A stretch of DNA of 62,900 nt, the filler included. It is 7 parts of 7 records of this genome, joined end to end, with 100 filler letters (N's around TTAATTAATTAA, not from the genome) between each part and the next. Parts side by side here need not be neighbours in the genome. Positions count along the whole stretch, not along the records: positions 9,668 to 20,828 come from SRR31147125_21169; 6 more parts are not named here. One strand, written 5' to 3'. Made by a program: the position numbers and the translations under genes. Every line of letters begins with the position of its first letter. Position 1 is the first letter of the stretch. The notes beneath the pieces are model-generated. The model searched no databases. It saw only the letters and a list, made by a program, of their open reading frames with translations, and was not told where the DNA came from. Shown here in pieces: positions 9,891 to 20,722 of the stretch.

Positions 9891-12370
9891 ATGAAAAGAA
9901 CGTTAGTGGGAAATGATCCCTTAATGGACCTGAAATTTTCATATATGTTTAAAATCCTGATTGTTCTGATATTGTTAGTCATCCTGAATCCTTCAAGTAC
10001 TTTTGCAATAGATAATTATTTCGATTTTTCGGGATCCGATATCGTTGTTCCCAAAAAGATGACCAATGTGGAAAAGAAAGCCATTGTTGTTTTACAGGAA
10101 GAAATTTACAAAAGAACGGGTATCAATTTAAAAACAAGACATAAATGGCCCACATCATCACAACCTGTTATCGCTGTCGGAAATAAAGCACAATTGAGTG
10201 ATTTTGCCGGATCCTTTAGCCTGGATCCATCTATTGGAAAAGAGGGTTTCCAAATTCAATTGCAGCAAGAGCCATCTCTTGCTTTGTTAATCGTTGGAAA
10301 CGATGAGCGCGGAGTCCTCTATGGCATCGGTCACCTTTTGCGTAAAATGAGGCTGACGCCTCAATCTATTGACGTCTCCCAAAATATCAACATTGTGTCT
10401 ACACCTCGATATGCTATCCGTGGGCATCAATTGGGTTATCGGCCCAAGACAAATGCATACGATGCCTGGGATGTGGAGCAATACGATCAATATATCCGTG
10501 AATTGGCTCTTTTTGGTGCCAACAGCATTGAAATTATGCCGCCCAGAACCGATGATGATCTGACTAGCCCGCATATGAAAGTGCCACCCATGAAAATGAT
10601 GAAAAAAACATCAGAGATCATTGATTCCTATGGAATGGATGTCTGGATCTGGTATCCGAATATGGGCCAGGATTATGAGCATCCGGATTCATTGAAAAAA
10701 GAATTGCAGGAGCGGGAGAATATTTTCAAATCCTTGAAAAGAATTGATGTTGTGTTTGTACCAGGAGGTGATCCGGGTGATCTGCATCCGGATATCTTGT
10801 TCAACTGGTTGGAACAGGTTTCAAAGGTTCTACTAAAGTACCATCCGCAAGCAAAAGTGTGGGTATCTCCTCAGGCGTTTAGACCAGTCAAAGAGTGGCT
10901 CGATGCCTTTTATGGTCATGTAAATGAAAATCCGGATTGGTTTGGCGGTGTCGTGTTCGGACCCTGGGTTAAAACACCCTTGCCGGAGATTCGCCGGATC
11001 GTCAACAAAGACATACCCATTCGTCGATATCCGGATATCACTCATAGTTTGAGTAGCCAATATCCTGTAAGAGATTGGGATCTCGCTTTTGCCATGACTT
11101 TGGGACGGGAGTGTTATAATCCACGCCCGGTTGCAGAAAAGGATATCCATAATGCGTTGGATGAATATGCCAATGGCAGCCTCAGTTATTCCGAAGGTAT
11201 TAATGATGATGTCAATAAATTTATCTGGAGCGGACAGGATTGGGATCCGACAACTCCGGTAATTGAAACATTAAGGGACTTTTCCCGGTTATTTATCAGT
11301 CCCGATTATGCGGAAGATGTGGCCCAGGGATTATTGGCTCTGGAACGTAATTGGGTCGGACCTCTTTTAACAAATCAGAATGTTGAAAGAACCTGTCAAC
11401 AGTGGCAGCGCCTGGAAAAAAAGTACCCGATTCTGTCTCAGAGAATTATCGTTTCCAGATGGGATTGCTCCGTGCTTATTATGATGCATATATCAAACAG
11501 CGATTAACTTATGAAACCGATCTTGAGAGACAAGCCTGGGAAATTTTGAGAACAGCTACTCAAATCGGTAGTGAAAACGCACTTTTACAAGCTGAAAATG
11601 TTTTAAAACAAGCCTGGGAAAAACCTGTTGCCTCTGATTATCGCCGGAAATGTGAATTGATAGCTGACTTTTTGTTCGAAAAAATTGGCTCACAACTGTA
11701 CGTCAAAAAGCACGGTGCCAAATCCGGCAGGGGCAATTTCATGGATTTTATTGACAATCCCTTAAATGATGCTGTGTGGCTTTTGTCCCAATTTGACAAA
11801 ATTAAAGGGGAGACAAGTGAAGAAAAAAGAATTGCGGCCATAGAGGATGTCATCAATCGCACAAATCCGGGACCGGGTGGTTTTTACTATAATTTTGGTG
11901 CTTCTGCCACAACCGAACCGGTTGGATCGTATCCGGAATGGTTTGTAGATCCTGGTAATTTACAATCGCCGCGTATCAGTTTTGGAGTCGGCTTGCACGG
12001 AGAAGAATGGGTTCATACAATTGAATCAAAAGGATTTGATGGCAGCGCCACACCTTTGGCGTGGATGAATCAGGTGACAACTCTGTACGATACACCACTG
12101 ACAATGGTTTTAGAAAATCTGGATCCGGAATCAAGCTACAAGCTTAAAATTGCCTATACCGGCCGTTTCCGTTCCAGGATCTCTTTGACTGCAGATGGTT
12201 TGTATAAAATCCATAATCTGTTCAAAACCGGTCTCGTACCGATCCATGAATATACTCTGCCACAAGAAGCCACCAAAGATGGCATTTTGGAATTGTCCTG
12301 GACATGTGGCGAGGGTGAGAGAGGTGCGCAGGTCGCGGAGATCTGGTTAATAAAAGAAAAAGGCAATTAA
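9891..12370 (+). CDS. Secreted putative glycoside hydrolase with GH20/GH67-type N-terminal domain (ORFs 9891-11507 and 11402-12370 joined across a frameshift)
   Basis: Signal peptide; GKEGFQI...VGNDERGVLYGIGHLLR...PRYAIRG N-terminal motif; adding one A to the A7 run at 11416-11422 gives WQRLEKKVPDSVSENYRFQ. Confidence 0.65.
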
Positions 12371-12392
12371 TAGCGTCAGGGAGGATAGAGCT

Positions 12393-13535
12393 ATGCGTTA
12401 TTTTATTAGCATTTTATTCTTTGGACTTTTTTTACCTATAGCCGTATGTGTCGGTGAACCGCGAATTATCAAACACGTGACTGTCTACAAAGAAACCGGA
12501 CGATTTGGAGGTTGGCCAGCCAACCATGGAATCTGGTTATGGGGAAATGAAATACTGGTTGGATTCGGGCGTGGCTATTATAAAGATCTTGGTCCTGAAA
12601 GACATAATATTGATCGTGATAAACCAGAAGAACATCTGTTTGCCAGAAGTCTGGATGGCGGCACTAGCTGGACGATTGAGAATCCCTCGGAAAAGGGTGT
12701 GCTTATTCCACGAGGTGCCAGCCTTCATGGTGTAAGACCACCACATCTTGTACCCAAAGTGCCTTTGGAGAATAAAAAGGAAATTGAATTTTCTCATCCG
12801 GATTTCGCAATGACATTGCGGATGGTGGATCATCATGTCGGTCCTTCTCGTTTTTACTATTCAATAGATAGAGGGAAAAACTGGGCCGGGCCTTTTAGTT
12901 TATATGTCAAAGATCAACTGGGTATTGCAGCTCGTACAGATTATATTGTCGATGGTAAAAATAAGTGTATGTTATTTTTGACTGCCGCTAAAAAAAATGG
13001 ACGGGAAGGGCGGCCGTTTTGTGTAAAGACGATAGATGGCGGTAAAACCTGGGATTTTGTCTCCTGGATAGGTCCGGCACCGAAAGGATTTTCCATCATG
13101 CCCAGTACTGTACGTCTGTCTGAAACAAATCTTCTTACAGCATTACGTTGCAGGGAAGGTGATAAGAGATGGATTGAAACCTATATTTCCTATGATAATG
13201 GGGAAAAGTGGCAGTATTTAAACAAACCGGTTGATGATCTTGGAGAAGGCAATCCCCCCAGTCTTATTAAACTGGCAGACGGTCGCTTGTGCTTAACCTA
13301 TGGCTATCGTGCCAAACCCTTTGGAATTCGAGCGCAACTCAGCAAAAATAATGGAAAAACATGGAGTGAGCCGATTCATCTTCGCGATGATGGTGCCGGA
13401 CGGGATATTGGATACACCCGTACGGTTCAGAGACCGGATGGTAAAATCGTAACGATTTACTATTTTTACGATAAACGTACGCCGGAACGATACATCGCTG
13501 CCACGATATGGGATCCGGGACAAGCTGATGAATGA
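12393..13535 (+). CDS. BNR/Asp-box repeat sialidase-like beta-propeller
   Basis: Asp boxes SLDGGTSW, SIDRGKNW, TIDGGKTW, SYDNGEKW, SKNNGKTW; DIGY near C-terminus; signal peptide. Confidence 0.85.
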   Translation: MRYFISILFFGLFLPIAVCVGEPRIIKHVTVYKETGRFGGWPANHGIWLWGNEILVGFGRGYYKDLGPERHNIDRDKPEEHLFARSLDGGTSWTIENPSEKGVLIPRGASLHGVRPPHLVPKVPLENKKEIEFSHPDFAMTLRMVDHHVGPSRFYYSIDRGKNWAGPFSLYVKDQLGIAARTDYIVDGKNKCMLFLTAAKKNGREGRPFCVKTIDGGKTWDFVSWIGPAPKGFSIMPSTVRLSETNLLTALRCREGDKRWIETYISYDNGEKWQYLNKPVDDLGEGNPPSLIKLADGRLCLTYGYRAKPFGIRAQLSKNNGKTWSEPIHLRDDGAGRDIGYTRTVQRPDGKIVTIYYFYDKRTPERYIAATIWDPGQADE

Positions 13536-13634
13536 TAGAAAAATAATATAAAAATATGTTTGCTCAGGTTTTATGCAAAACAAGAACCTGTTTGTTAGAC
13601 AAGATTGAGAGTATAAAAACGGGAGAAAACCGAT

Positions 13635-16600
13635 ATGAAGCAAAGCTGTAGAAATACCCGGTACTGGTTTGTGTGTTTTACTGTCATGATTTTTCTATTG
13701 TGCGGTACCATGTTATTCGCTAAAGATCCTGTGGATTATGTGGATCCTTTTATTGGCACCTCCAGCTCAAGATGGATGCTTTTTCCCGGTCCGTGCCTGC
13801 CTTTTGGTATGGTAAAACTTTCTCCGGATAATACGGATGGAATTGGTTTCGACGCAGGATATGAATATAAAATAAACAGTATCTCGGGTTTTGGTCATGT
13901 CCACTCCTGGATGATGGGCAGCTTTTTAACCATACCTACAACCGGAGAACTAAAAGTCGTGCCCGGTTCGATAGATAATCCGGATGCAGGATACCGATCC
14001 AGATTTCGCCATGAACATGAGACTGCCTCTCCCGGGTATTATTCTGTATTGCTTGATGATTATCAGATCAAAACCGAATTAACAACCACGACCCGAGCCG
14101 GATTTCAGCGTTATACATTTCCGAAATCAAAAGAGGCTCGCATTCTTTTTGACCTGCGGATACCTGAAGAAGGACGCAGCACAACAACAGCCGCGCACAT
14201 CCGTAAAGTGAGTCAGACTGAAATCGAAGGGTATCTGTCCCGCGATGGTGGCTGGAATGATTATACTCTTTATTTTGTCGCTAAATTGAATAAACCATTC
14301 CAATCTTTTGGTGGCTGGACCGGCGATAAGATTTACCAAAATGTTGAGCACGTGGAATGTAACGAGGATGTGGATATTGGTGCTTTTTTGAGTTTTGAAA
14401 CGGTGAAAAATGAACGAATTCTTTTGAAAACTGGTATTTCCTATGTGAGTATAGAACAGGCTCGGCTAAATCTGGAAACAGAATTGGCGGATTTCGGCTG
14501 GGATTTTGATGCTGCCAGTAATAATGCCCGGGGCGTCTGGAACGACGTGTTAAGCAAAATCGAGGTAGAAGGTGGCACTGAAAATCAGAAAACAAAATTT
14601 TACACAAATATGTACCGCGCTTACAGTTCCAGGACAATTTTCAGTGATGTGAATGGAAAGTATATCGATATGTGTGAGAATGTCCAACAGTTAAAAGATC
14701 CGGATTCACCGGTATACGGTTGCGATGCTTTCTGGAATACTTTTTGGAATCTGAATCAACTTTGGGCTCTGGTGTCACCGGATATCATGAGCAAGTGGGT
14801 GGGATCCCTGCTGGAAATATACGATCGCGGTGGTTGGCTGCCCAAGGGTCCGGGCGGCATTGAATATTCCGGGATTATGGTTGCATCTCATGCTATTCCA
14901 ATGATTGTTTCTGCCTGGCACAAAGGAATACGAGACTTTGATATTAAAAAGGCCTATGAAGCGATCAAACATAATCAGATGGAACCGGGACAATCTCACC
15001 AATGCGGTGGCCATGTCGGCAATCTACAGTTGACTCCCTATTTGGAAAATGGTTATGTGCCAGAGGAAAAGGGTCCAGTGTCCAATACCCTGGAATACGC
15101 CTTCGATGACTGGTGCGTTGCTCAGTTGGCTAAAACCCTGGGTGAAAAGGCGGATTATGACTATTTTATGCAAAGAGCTATGTATTATAAAAACGTATTT
15201 GATCCGACTTCCGGTTATATGCGGCCCAAACAGGCAGGTGGACCATGGAAACAAAATTTTGTCCCACTCGTCAAAGCAGTCGGTAAGGAGGACGCTTTTG
15301 GGGGTAAGGATTATGTGGAGGGCAATGCCTGGCAGTATACCTGGTTTGCTCCCCATGACACAAAGGGCCTTATTGAATTGTTAGGTATTGAAGAATTTAA
15401 TCAACGACTTGATGAGGGATTTGAAAAATCCCGACCGAATTTTGTGAGTCACTATGTAAACCACAGTAATCAACCGAACATGCAGGCGGCATATCTTTTT
15501 AACTATTCGCAAAAACCGTGGCTCACGCAAAAATGGGTGCGTGAGATGATGGAAAATTATTATGGCTTGGGTCCTGTTGACGGTTATCCCGGCGATGAGG
15601 ACCAGGGTCAGATGGGTGCCTGGTATGTGATGAGCGCAATAGGACTCTTTGAAATGGATGGTGGTGCCCGTTGTTTACCAATCTATGAGATAGGCAGTCC
15701 CATATTTGAAAAGATCACGATTCATTTGGATAAGGATTATTACCAGGGAGATTCGTTTGTCATTGAGGCAAAAAACTGCTCGCAGGAGAATAAATATGTC
15801 CAGTCTGCTACTTTAAATGAAATATCTTTGAATACATTCTGGTTTACACATTCTCAGCTTGTATCCGGCGGTAAACTGGTTTTAAACATGGGACCAGAAC
15901 CAAACAAAAAGTGGGCAACCCAAACAAGCGCTTTACCAGATTTTGATGTTGTGCAGGAACAGGTCCGGCCTCCTTACGTAGAGTCTGATAATAAATATTT
16001 TTTGCATTCCACATCTGTATCCCTGGCATGTGAAACCAGGGGAGTGGACATTTTTTATACACTGGACGGGAGTCAACCGACACTATCCTCCAGATTATAT
16101 ACCAAACCTTTTACTCTGAACCAATCAGGTTCAGTCAAGATGCAGGCGTTTAAAAAAGACTTGAAATCCAGTCTCGTTGCGACAGCAAAGTTTAAAAAAG
16201 CGACTTTACAAAACGCCGCAATAATCGAAAAGGTCGAACCAGGATTAACTTATTCTTACTATCAGGGAAATTTTGATAGTAACTTTACGTCTGTCTCAAA
16301 TCTTGACCAATTAACGCATACCCAATCCGGTATTGTGAGCCAATTTAATACCGGATTGGCCCAACAAGACAGCTATTTTGGTTTTACTTTTAAAGGAATT
16401 ATCCAGATCCCAAAGGATGGGATATATACTCTCTACCTCGCCTCCAATGACGGCAGTAAGCTGTATCTGGATGGCAAAGAACTCATAAACAGCGATGGAT
16501 TGCATCCAATCGTTGAGGAATCTGTCAGGATTGCCTTAAAAGCAGGAAATCACCCGGTCCAGGTCAAATATTTTCAGGCTGGCGGCGGCCAACTGCTGAA

Positions 16601-16673
16601 ATTAAGCTGGGAAGGACCCGATATTGAAAAGCAGGAAATACCTGCAGGTGTTTTGTGGCATAAAACAGACTGA
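13635..16673 (+). CDS. GH92 alpha-mannosidase with C-terminal Fn3-associated and PA14 domains
   Basis: YVDPFIGT, PFGMVKLSPD, SPGYYSV, SNTLEYAFDD, EGNAWQY, GDEDQGQMGAW; IFYTLDGSQP; SNDGSKLYLDG...GNHPVQVKYFQ (PA14). Confidence 0.93.
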   Translation: MKQSCRNTRYWFVCFTVMIFLLCGTMLFAKDPVDYVDPFIGTSSSRWMLFPGPCLPFGMVKLSPDNTDGIGFDAGYEYKINSISGFGHVHSWMMGSFLTIPTTGELKVVPGSIDNPDAGYRSRFRHEHETASPGYYSVLLDDYQIKTELTTTTRAGFQRYTFPKSKEARILFDLRIPEEGRSTTTAAHIRKVSQTEIEGYLSRDGGWNDYTLYFVAKLNKPFQSFGGWTGDKIYQNVEHVECNEDVDIGAFLSFETVKNERILLKTGISYVSIEQARLNLETELADFGWDFDAASNNARGVWNDVLSKIEVEGGTENQKTKFYTNMYRAYSSRTIFSDVNGKYIDMCENVQQLKDPDSPVYGCDAFWNTFWNLNQLWALVSPDIMSKWVGSLLEIYDRGGWLPKGPGGIEYSGIMVASHAIPMIVSAWHKGIRDFDIKKAYEAIKHNQMEPGQSHQCGGHVGNLQLTPYLENGYVPEEKGPVSNTLEYAFDDWCVAQLAKTLGEKADYDYFMQRAMYYKNVFDPTSGYMRPKQAGGPWKQNFVPLVKAVGKEDAFGGKDYVEGNAWQYTWFAPHDTKGLIELLGIEEFNQRLDEGFEKSRPNFVSHYVNHSNQPNMQAAYLFNYSQKPWLTQKWVREMMENYYGLGPVDGYPGDEDQGQMGAWYVMSAIGLFEMDGGARCLPIYEIGSPIFEKITIHLDKDYYQGDSFVIEAKNCSQENKYVQSATLNEISLNTFWFTHSQLVSGGKLVLNMGPEPNKKWATQTSALPDFDVVQEQVRPPYVESDNKYFLHSTSVSLACETRGVDIFYTLDGSQPTLSSRLYTKPFTLNQSGSVKMQAFKKDLKSSLVATAKFKKATLQNAAIIEKVEPGLTYSYYQGNFDSNFTSVSNLDQLTHTQSGIVSQFNTGLAQQDSYFGFTFKGIIQIPKDGIYTLYLASNDGSKLYLDGKELINSDGLHPIVEESVRIALKAGNHPVQVKYFQAGGGQLLKLSWEGPDIEKQEIPAGVLWHKTD

Positions 16674-16769
16674 TTTGACAGAGTGAAATGGGATAAGGTG
16701 CGGAAAGTAAACATATTTTTGTTTTTTTTAGATGTTTAGCTTTTGTTTGAACTCATTAACTAAAAAGGT

Positions 16770-17177
16770 GTGGTTATGAAATATCGGTATTTTTTCTTCT
16801 TGATGAGCACAATTGTTGTATTTTGGGGTTGTACTTCAGATAAGAAAACTGATGTTGAAGGAGTTTGGCAGCTCGTTTCCGGTGAGTATAATTATCAGGA
16901 TATGACTGTTACACTCCAGGAAAGTGAATGTTTAAAATCATACAAGTTTATAACAAAGACTCATTATGTTGTTATAACACAGGATACAAGTCAACAACTG
17001 TATTTTGCTCATTGTGGGACTTTTAAAATGAGTGATAGCGAATATATAGAAAAGTTTGAAATTCACAAAAATCCAAAAAATATTGGCAAATCATTAATAT
17101 TTAAATCTCATATCAGGGATGATAAATGGGTGATATCATCGGATAGATTACATGAAGTATGGAAAAAACACGAGTAA
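16770..17177 (+). CDS. Small lipoprotein, lipocalin-like fold
   Basis: Lipobox FWGC, EGVWQLVS, C-terminal EVWKK. Confidence 0.6.
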   Translation: MVMKYRYFFFLMSTIVVFWGCTSDKKTDVEGVWQLVSGEYNYQDMTVTLQESECLKSYKFITKTHYVVITQDTSQQLYFAHCGTFKMSDSEYIEKFEIHKNPKNIGKSLIFKSHIRDDKWVISSDRLHEVWKKHE

Positions 17178-17209
17178 AGTTATACAATATTTCATATTTC
17201 AAAAAAAAT

Positions 17210-17251
17210 GTTAAATACATGTTTTAACGTAAAAATAACAGTTAATAACTG
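17210..17251. promoter_or_regulatory. Candidate operator: GTTAAA-N7-TTTAAC plus CAGTTA-A-TAACTG
   Basis: Two inverted repeats (17210-17228, 17239-17251), identical to those at 20569-20587 and 20596-20608. Confidence 0.6.
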
Positions 17252-17335
17252 GATTAAATTGGCAAAATCTAATATAGTGTGCAGAAAGGATTGCCATAAT
17301 TGATTTGTTGAAAAATAGATGATGTGATCATGATT

Positions 17336-17400
17336 ATGGTAACAACTTTTTATGGACTGGACTCGTTTTGGCGGGATTTAGGCTTCCTCACTTCCCATAA
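17336..17400 (+). CDS. Putative small peptide MVTTFLWTGLVLAGFRLPHFP (needs +1 T in the T5 run at 17347-17351)
   Basis: Aligns with the intact 19-aa ORF at 20723-20782, including the CCA-TAA ending. Confidence 0.35.
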
Positions 17401-17653
17401 TACACCTGGAAGTCAAGTCCGTTCAAATTCAAGGGTACCGTACCAGTTTCAATTATATTTTACAGGTTATTTGAGATTACCTGAAAAATATATTGATCTT
17501 AAAATAGTGATATTACATGAATGGATTTTTATTCTACTTTAGGTAGATCATCGACTACGGACTAGTGTGTATCTTATTACTAATCTTATCTACAATGCCC
17601 CAACCTAAACAAGTCAAGTTATTAAAGCGGTTTTCGACTCAAAATTATCAGAG

Positions 17654-19024
17654 GTGCAAGCCATGCAAGTAAGAAAGAATCGGTCCTGGAATAAGTTAAT
17701 AGTAATTATTGTGATTTGCATTTTATTTGTTGTTGGATTTTCTATAGTTAATTCCTTTGCTCAAGGTAGTGGGTTTATCACGACAGATAACGGACAGAGA
17801 TTGTTTCCGATAGGATTTTACGAATTGCCGAAAAACGATGCCGATCTGTTAGAAATGGCTCGTTCTGGTGTAAATCTTATGCGTTGTAGCAGCAGGGAAG
17901 ATCTGGAAAGAATAGCAAATGCAGGGATGATGGGAGCGTACTATCTTGCTTTGTCGCAAGGTAACACAGATGATCTGAAAAAGCAGGTAGAGGCTGTTAA
18001 AAATCATCCTGCATTGGCAGTTTGGGAAGGTCCGGACGAGATTGTATGGACTTTTACAGCAGCAAGTTGGTTATGGAGAAATACACAGTCAAAAGTTTTT
18101 GAACATAAAGGTGAATGGTGGAAACAAACTCCGGAGGCGATCAGATACTCTGAAAAAAAGGCAGCAGAAATTATCCCCAGGTTAGTTGATGGAATAGATC
18201 TTGTAAGATCACTCGACCGGGGACATCATCAGGTATGGATTAATGAAGCCCGTAATAGTGATGTGAAATTTTGCCGACAATATATGGATTATATTGATAT
18301 AACCGGGTGTGATTACTATCCGGTCCGTGGAAAAACCCGGGATGCGGTAAAACTGGGTAAAACGACTGAACGTTGGTCGCAGACGGGTAGGGGCAAACCT
18401 GTGTGGATGGTTTTGCAGGCATTTTCATGGAGTGAACTGGCTAATCCCGGATCACACTATTATGCGCCCGAAGCTTACCCATCCTTTGATGAATCTCGCT
18501 TAATGGCTTATATTTCCATTGTATATGGCGCAAAAGGTATTCTATACTGGGGTTCATCACAAGAAAAAACGCCATCGAATTTTCGTCAATCCTTGTATGC
18601 ACTGACAAGTGAGTTATCATCCTTACAGCCTTTTTTAGTATCTCCTGAACAAAACGTTGAACAGGTCAGATGTATTGAAGCATTAACTGCCGGAGAAGTG
18701 GAAGGCTGGTTTCATAAAAAAGAAGGATGGCCGCCACCTGAAAAACTGGGCGTCAGATCATCTGCTCGAAAAGTGGGAGATGATTGGCTGATTATATTGG
18801 TAAATGAAGATAATTGTGCTCATTACGGTGTCGAAGTATCCGGGCTTGATGATTTAAATGGGAAAAAGCTTTATTTATTATACAGTGAAGAAAATGCAAC
18901 AGTGAACCATGGAGATTTTACTACTCGCATGTTACCTTTCGAAGTTAAGGTTTTTGCAACGAGTCGAAATTTTGAAGCAGAGCAGCAAAAAGGAAGAGAT
19001 TATGCAGGAGTCTTTGTAGAATGA
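17654..19024 (+). CDS. Secreted uncharacterised protein, putative TIM-barrel glycoside hydrolase
   Basis: Signal/TM; FPIGFY, HPALAVWEGPDE, DITGCDYYP, KPVWMVLQAF, GAKGILYW: pattern seen in GH-A-like barrels. Confidence 0.55.
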   Translation: MQAMQVRKNRSWNKLIVIIVICILFVVGFSIVNSFAQGSGFITTDNGQRLFPIGFYELPKNDADLLEMARSGVNLMRCSSREDLERIANAGMMGAYYLALSQGNTDDLKKQVEAVKNHPALAVWEGPDEIVWTFTAASWLWRNTQSKVFEHKGEWWKQTPEAIRYSEKKAAEIIPRLVDGIDLVRSLDRGHHQVWINEARNSDVKFCRQYMDYIDITGCDYYPVRGKTRDAVKLGKTTERWSQTGRGKPVWMVLQAFSWSELANPGSHYYAPEAYPSFDESRLMAYISIVYGAKGILYWGSSQEKTPSNFRQSLYALTSELSSLQPFLVSPEQNVEQVRCIEALTAGEVEGWFHKKEGWPPPEKLGVRSSARKVGDDWLIILVNEDNCAHYGVEVSGLDDLNGKKLYLLYSEENATVNHGDFTTRMLPFEVKVFATSRNFEAEQQKGRDYAGVFVE

Positions 19025-19224
19025 GGATAGTTAAATGAACATGTAATACTGTCATTGACCACGACTACTCATTGTTTTGTTGATTATTTCAGGCAAATTA
19101 CAAAGTATGGGAAAAGTTGAACAGTCGTATTTTTGAATGAGGTGAAATTTATCAAAGTTAAATCGCAACTAAAATAGGATTTGTTTGGGGACGAAAAGGT
19201 GGCTGAAATAGTAATGAATATTCG

Positions 19225-20526
19225 TTAATTTTCAAATATTTTATCTAAAACATGTTCGATATTTACAAGGGAAGGATCTATTTTATTACTGTTTATATTA
19301 ATCTTGTCAAAATGTAATATTTCCACGCCAAGTCCTGTTCGATCTACTCCATTCACTCTAAACAGGATATCAAAATACGCGGGCATTTCACCATATTTCG
19401 CTGTAAAGATACTTTCAAGTTTATTCATAGATGATGGAGTCGTAACATATCTCACTGCTTCTTTAATACCAATGTCGAAGAAACTTGAAAAAATGAAAAT
19501 GGGCAGGTTTGTAGGGCCAGGTATTTTTGCAACAACGGCATAGTCTTTTATATTATAATTGACTTTATTTTGAAGCTCTGCGGGTACGATACCTGATTCA
19601 TATGTGTTAAGGGTATCTGCATTTTCATTTAGATAAAATATCGTGTTATGTGGGGCCAAATCATAAGCAAATCTGGTTTTAGAAAGAAAAACATTCATCA
19701 TTCCGAGTGATCTGAAATTCCCTAAAAAAATAAGTGCATTATCTTTAATTTTACACCATGTCAGGTCCTCAATCAAAAGAGGACGCGGATTTATATTTGA
19801 AGAATAGAATATGGGTAATATGTTGAATAGGCAAAAGGAGGGATATTGAAACAGATTTATATTTGGTGTATTGGATGCGTCTAAAAGTCTGTTATTTTGA
19901 TTGGGGCTTTCTTCCGAGTTATAGCCAGTTATGTTTTGTTGGTCACTTTGAATTTTCGCAGGAGTAAAACTCTCATGATATTCTGGAGTTGCAAACATAT
20001 TTCCTAAAATGATATAAGACTCTACTCCATTTTTCAAGTAATCCGACCAGATTTTATTATTGTTTTGTTTCGAATTTTGTGATGTTGCCGTTAAATTGGT
20101 ATGCTTTAGGTTTTGATATATGAAAAACGTTGTTGCAAATATCAACAGCAATAAAATCAAATGTTGGAGCTTTGAGATTAAATTAAAGGATTGTTTTAGG
20201 GGATTTGTCCTGGTGAAATCAACAGTGTAGTGGCCTTTGGGAATTTGGAGCTTTATTGTATCATTTTTACCTTCTGACATGTAATATGTTGCAAGTCTTT
20301 TTCTAAGGCTGTGCATATGCACCCGCACAATCGGATCTGTTGACGGATCAAATTTATCCCCTCTGCCGAAAACCTCAATTGCAATAAGTGACTCATTAAG
20401 ATTTTCTCCCTGTTCTGTCGCATGAACAATGTAGGATAGCAAATCTTTATCGAGCTGATGTTTGAGGAATTCCGAACTTTCAAGGATTTTTTGCAACGAT
20501 AGGTTCTTGTTATATTTTTTGCTCAT
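19225..20526 (-). CDS. Membrane-anchored one-component regulator (N-terminal wHTH, one TM, extracytoplasmic domain; ToxR/CadC-like topology)
   Basis: LLSYIV...E..IAIEVFGRGDKFDPSTDPIVRVHMHSLRKRLATYY..EG...IPKGHY, then [17 protein letters not shown]. Confidence 0.75.
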   Translation of the reverse strand: MSKKYNKNLSLQKILESSEFLKHQLDKDLLSYIVHATEQGENLNESLIAIEVFGRGDKFDPSTDPIVRVHMHSLRKRLATYYMSEGKNDTIKLQIPKGHYTVDFTRTNPLKQSFNLISKLQHLILLLLIFATTFFIYQNLKHTNLTATSQNSKQNNNKIWSDYLKNGVESYIILGNMFATPEYHESFTPAKIQSDQQNITGYNSEESPNQNNRLLDASNTPNINLFQYPSFCLFNILPIFYSSNINPRPLLIEDLTWCKIKDNALIFLGNFRSLGMMNVFLSKTRFAYDLAPHNTIFYLNENADTLNTYESGIVPAELQNKVNYNIKDYAVVAKIPGPTNLPIFIFSSFFDIGIKEAVRYVTTPSSMNKLESIFTAKYGEMPAYFDILFRVNGVDRTGLGVEILHFDKININSNKIDPSLVNIEHVLDKIFEN

Positions 20527-20568
20527 GCATTTAAATAAGTATAATATTTAACATTTCAAAGAAAAAAT

Positions 20569-20608
20569 GTTAAATACATGTTTTAACAAAAAAAACAGTT
20601 AATAACTG
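20569..20608. promoter_or_regulatory. Candidate operator palindromes, 43-82 bp upstream of the regulator start
   Basis: GTTAAATACATGTTTTAAC and CAGTTAATAACTG. Confidence 0.6.
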
Positions 20609-20722
20609 GATTAAATGGGGAAAATATCCTAAATATACATTGTACGCAAACGATTGTCGCAATCGATTGGTTTAAAAATCGCTAGTTCCTTTAAACATCA
20701 ATCATATGTTGTGGATGTGATT

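Larger units (their letters stand above)
17181..17424 (+). repeat. Copy 1 of a duplicated regulatory cassette (copy 2 at 20540-20806)
   Basis: Shared blocks AAAAAATGTTAAATACATGTTTTAAC, AACAGTTAATAACTGGATTAAAT, TGATTATGG-AACAACTTT, GGCTTCC, CCCATAATAC-CCTGGA, TCAAGTCCGTTC. Confidence 0.9.

Noticed and set aside
17324-17542. 72-aa ORF in the supplied track
   Set aside because: The homologous copy stops at CCATAA; the long version probably results from a missing T in a homopolymer
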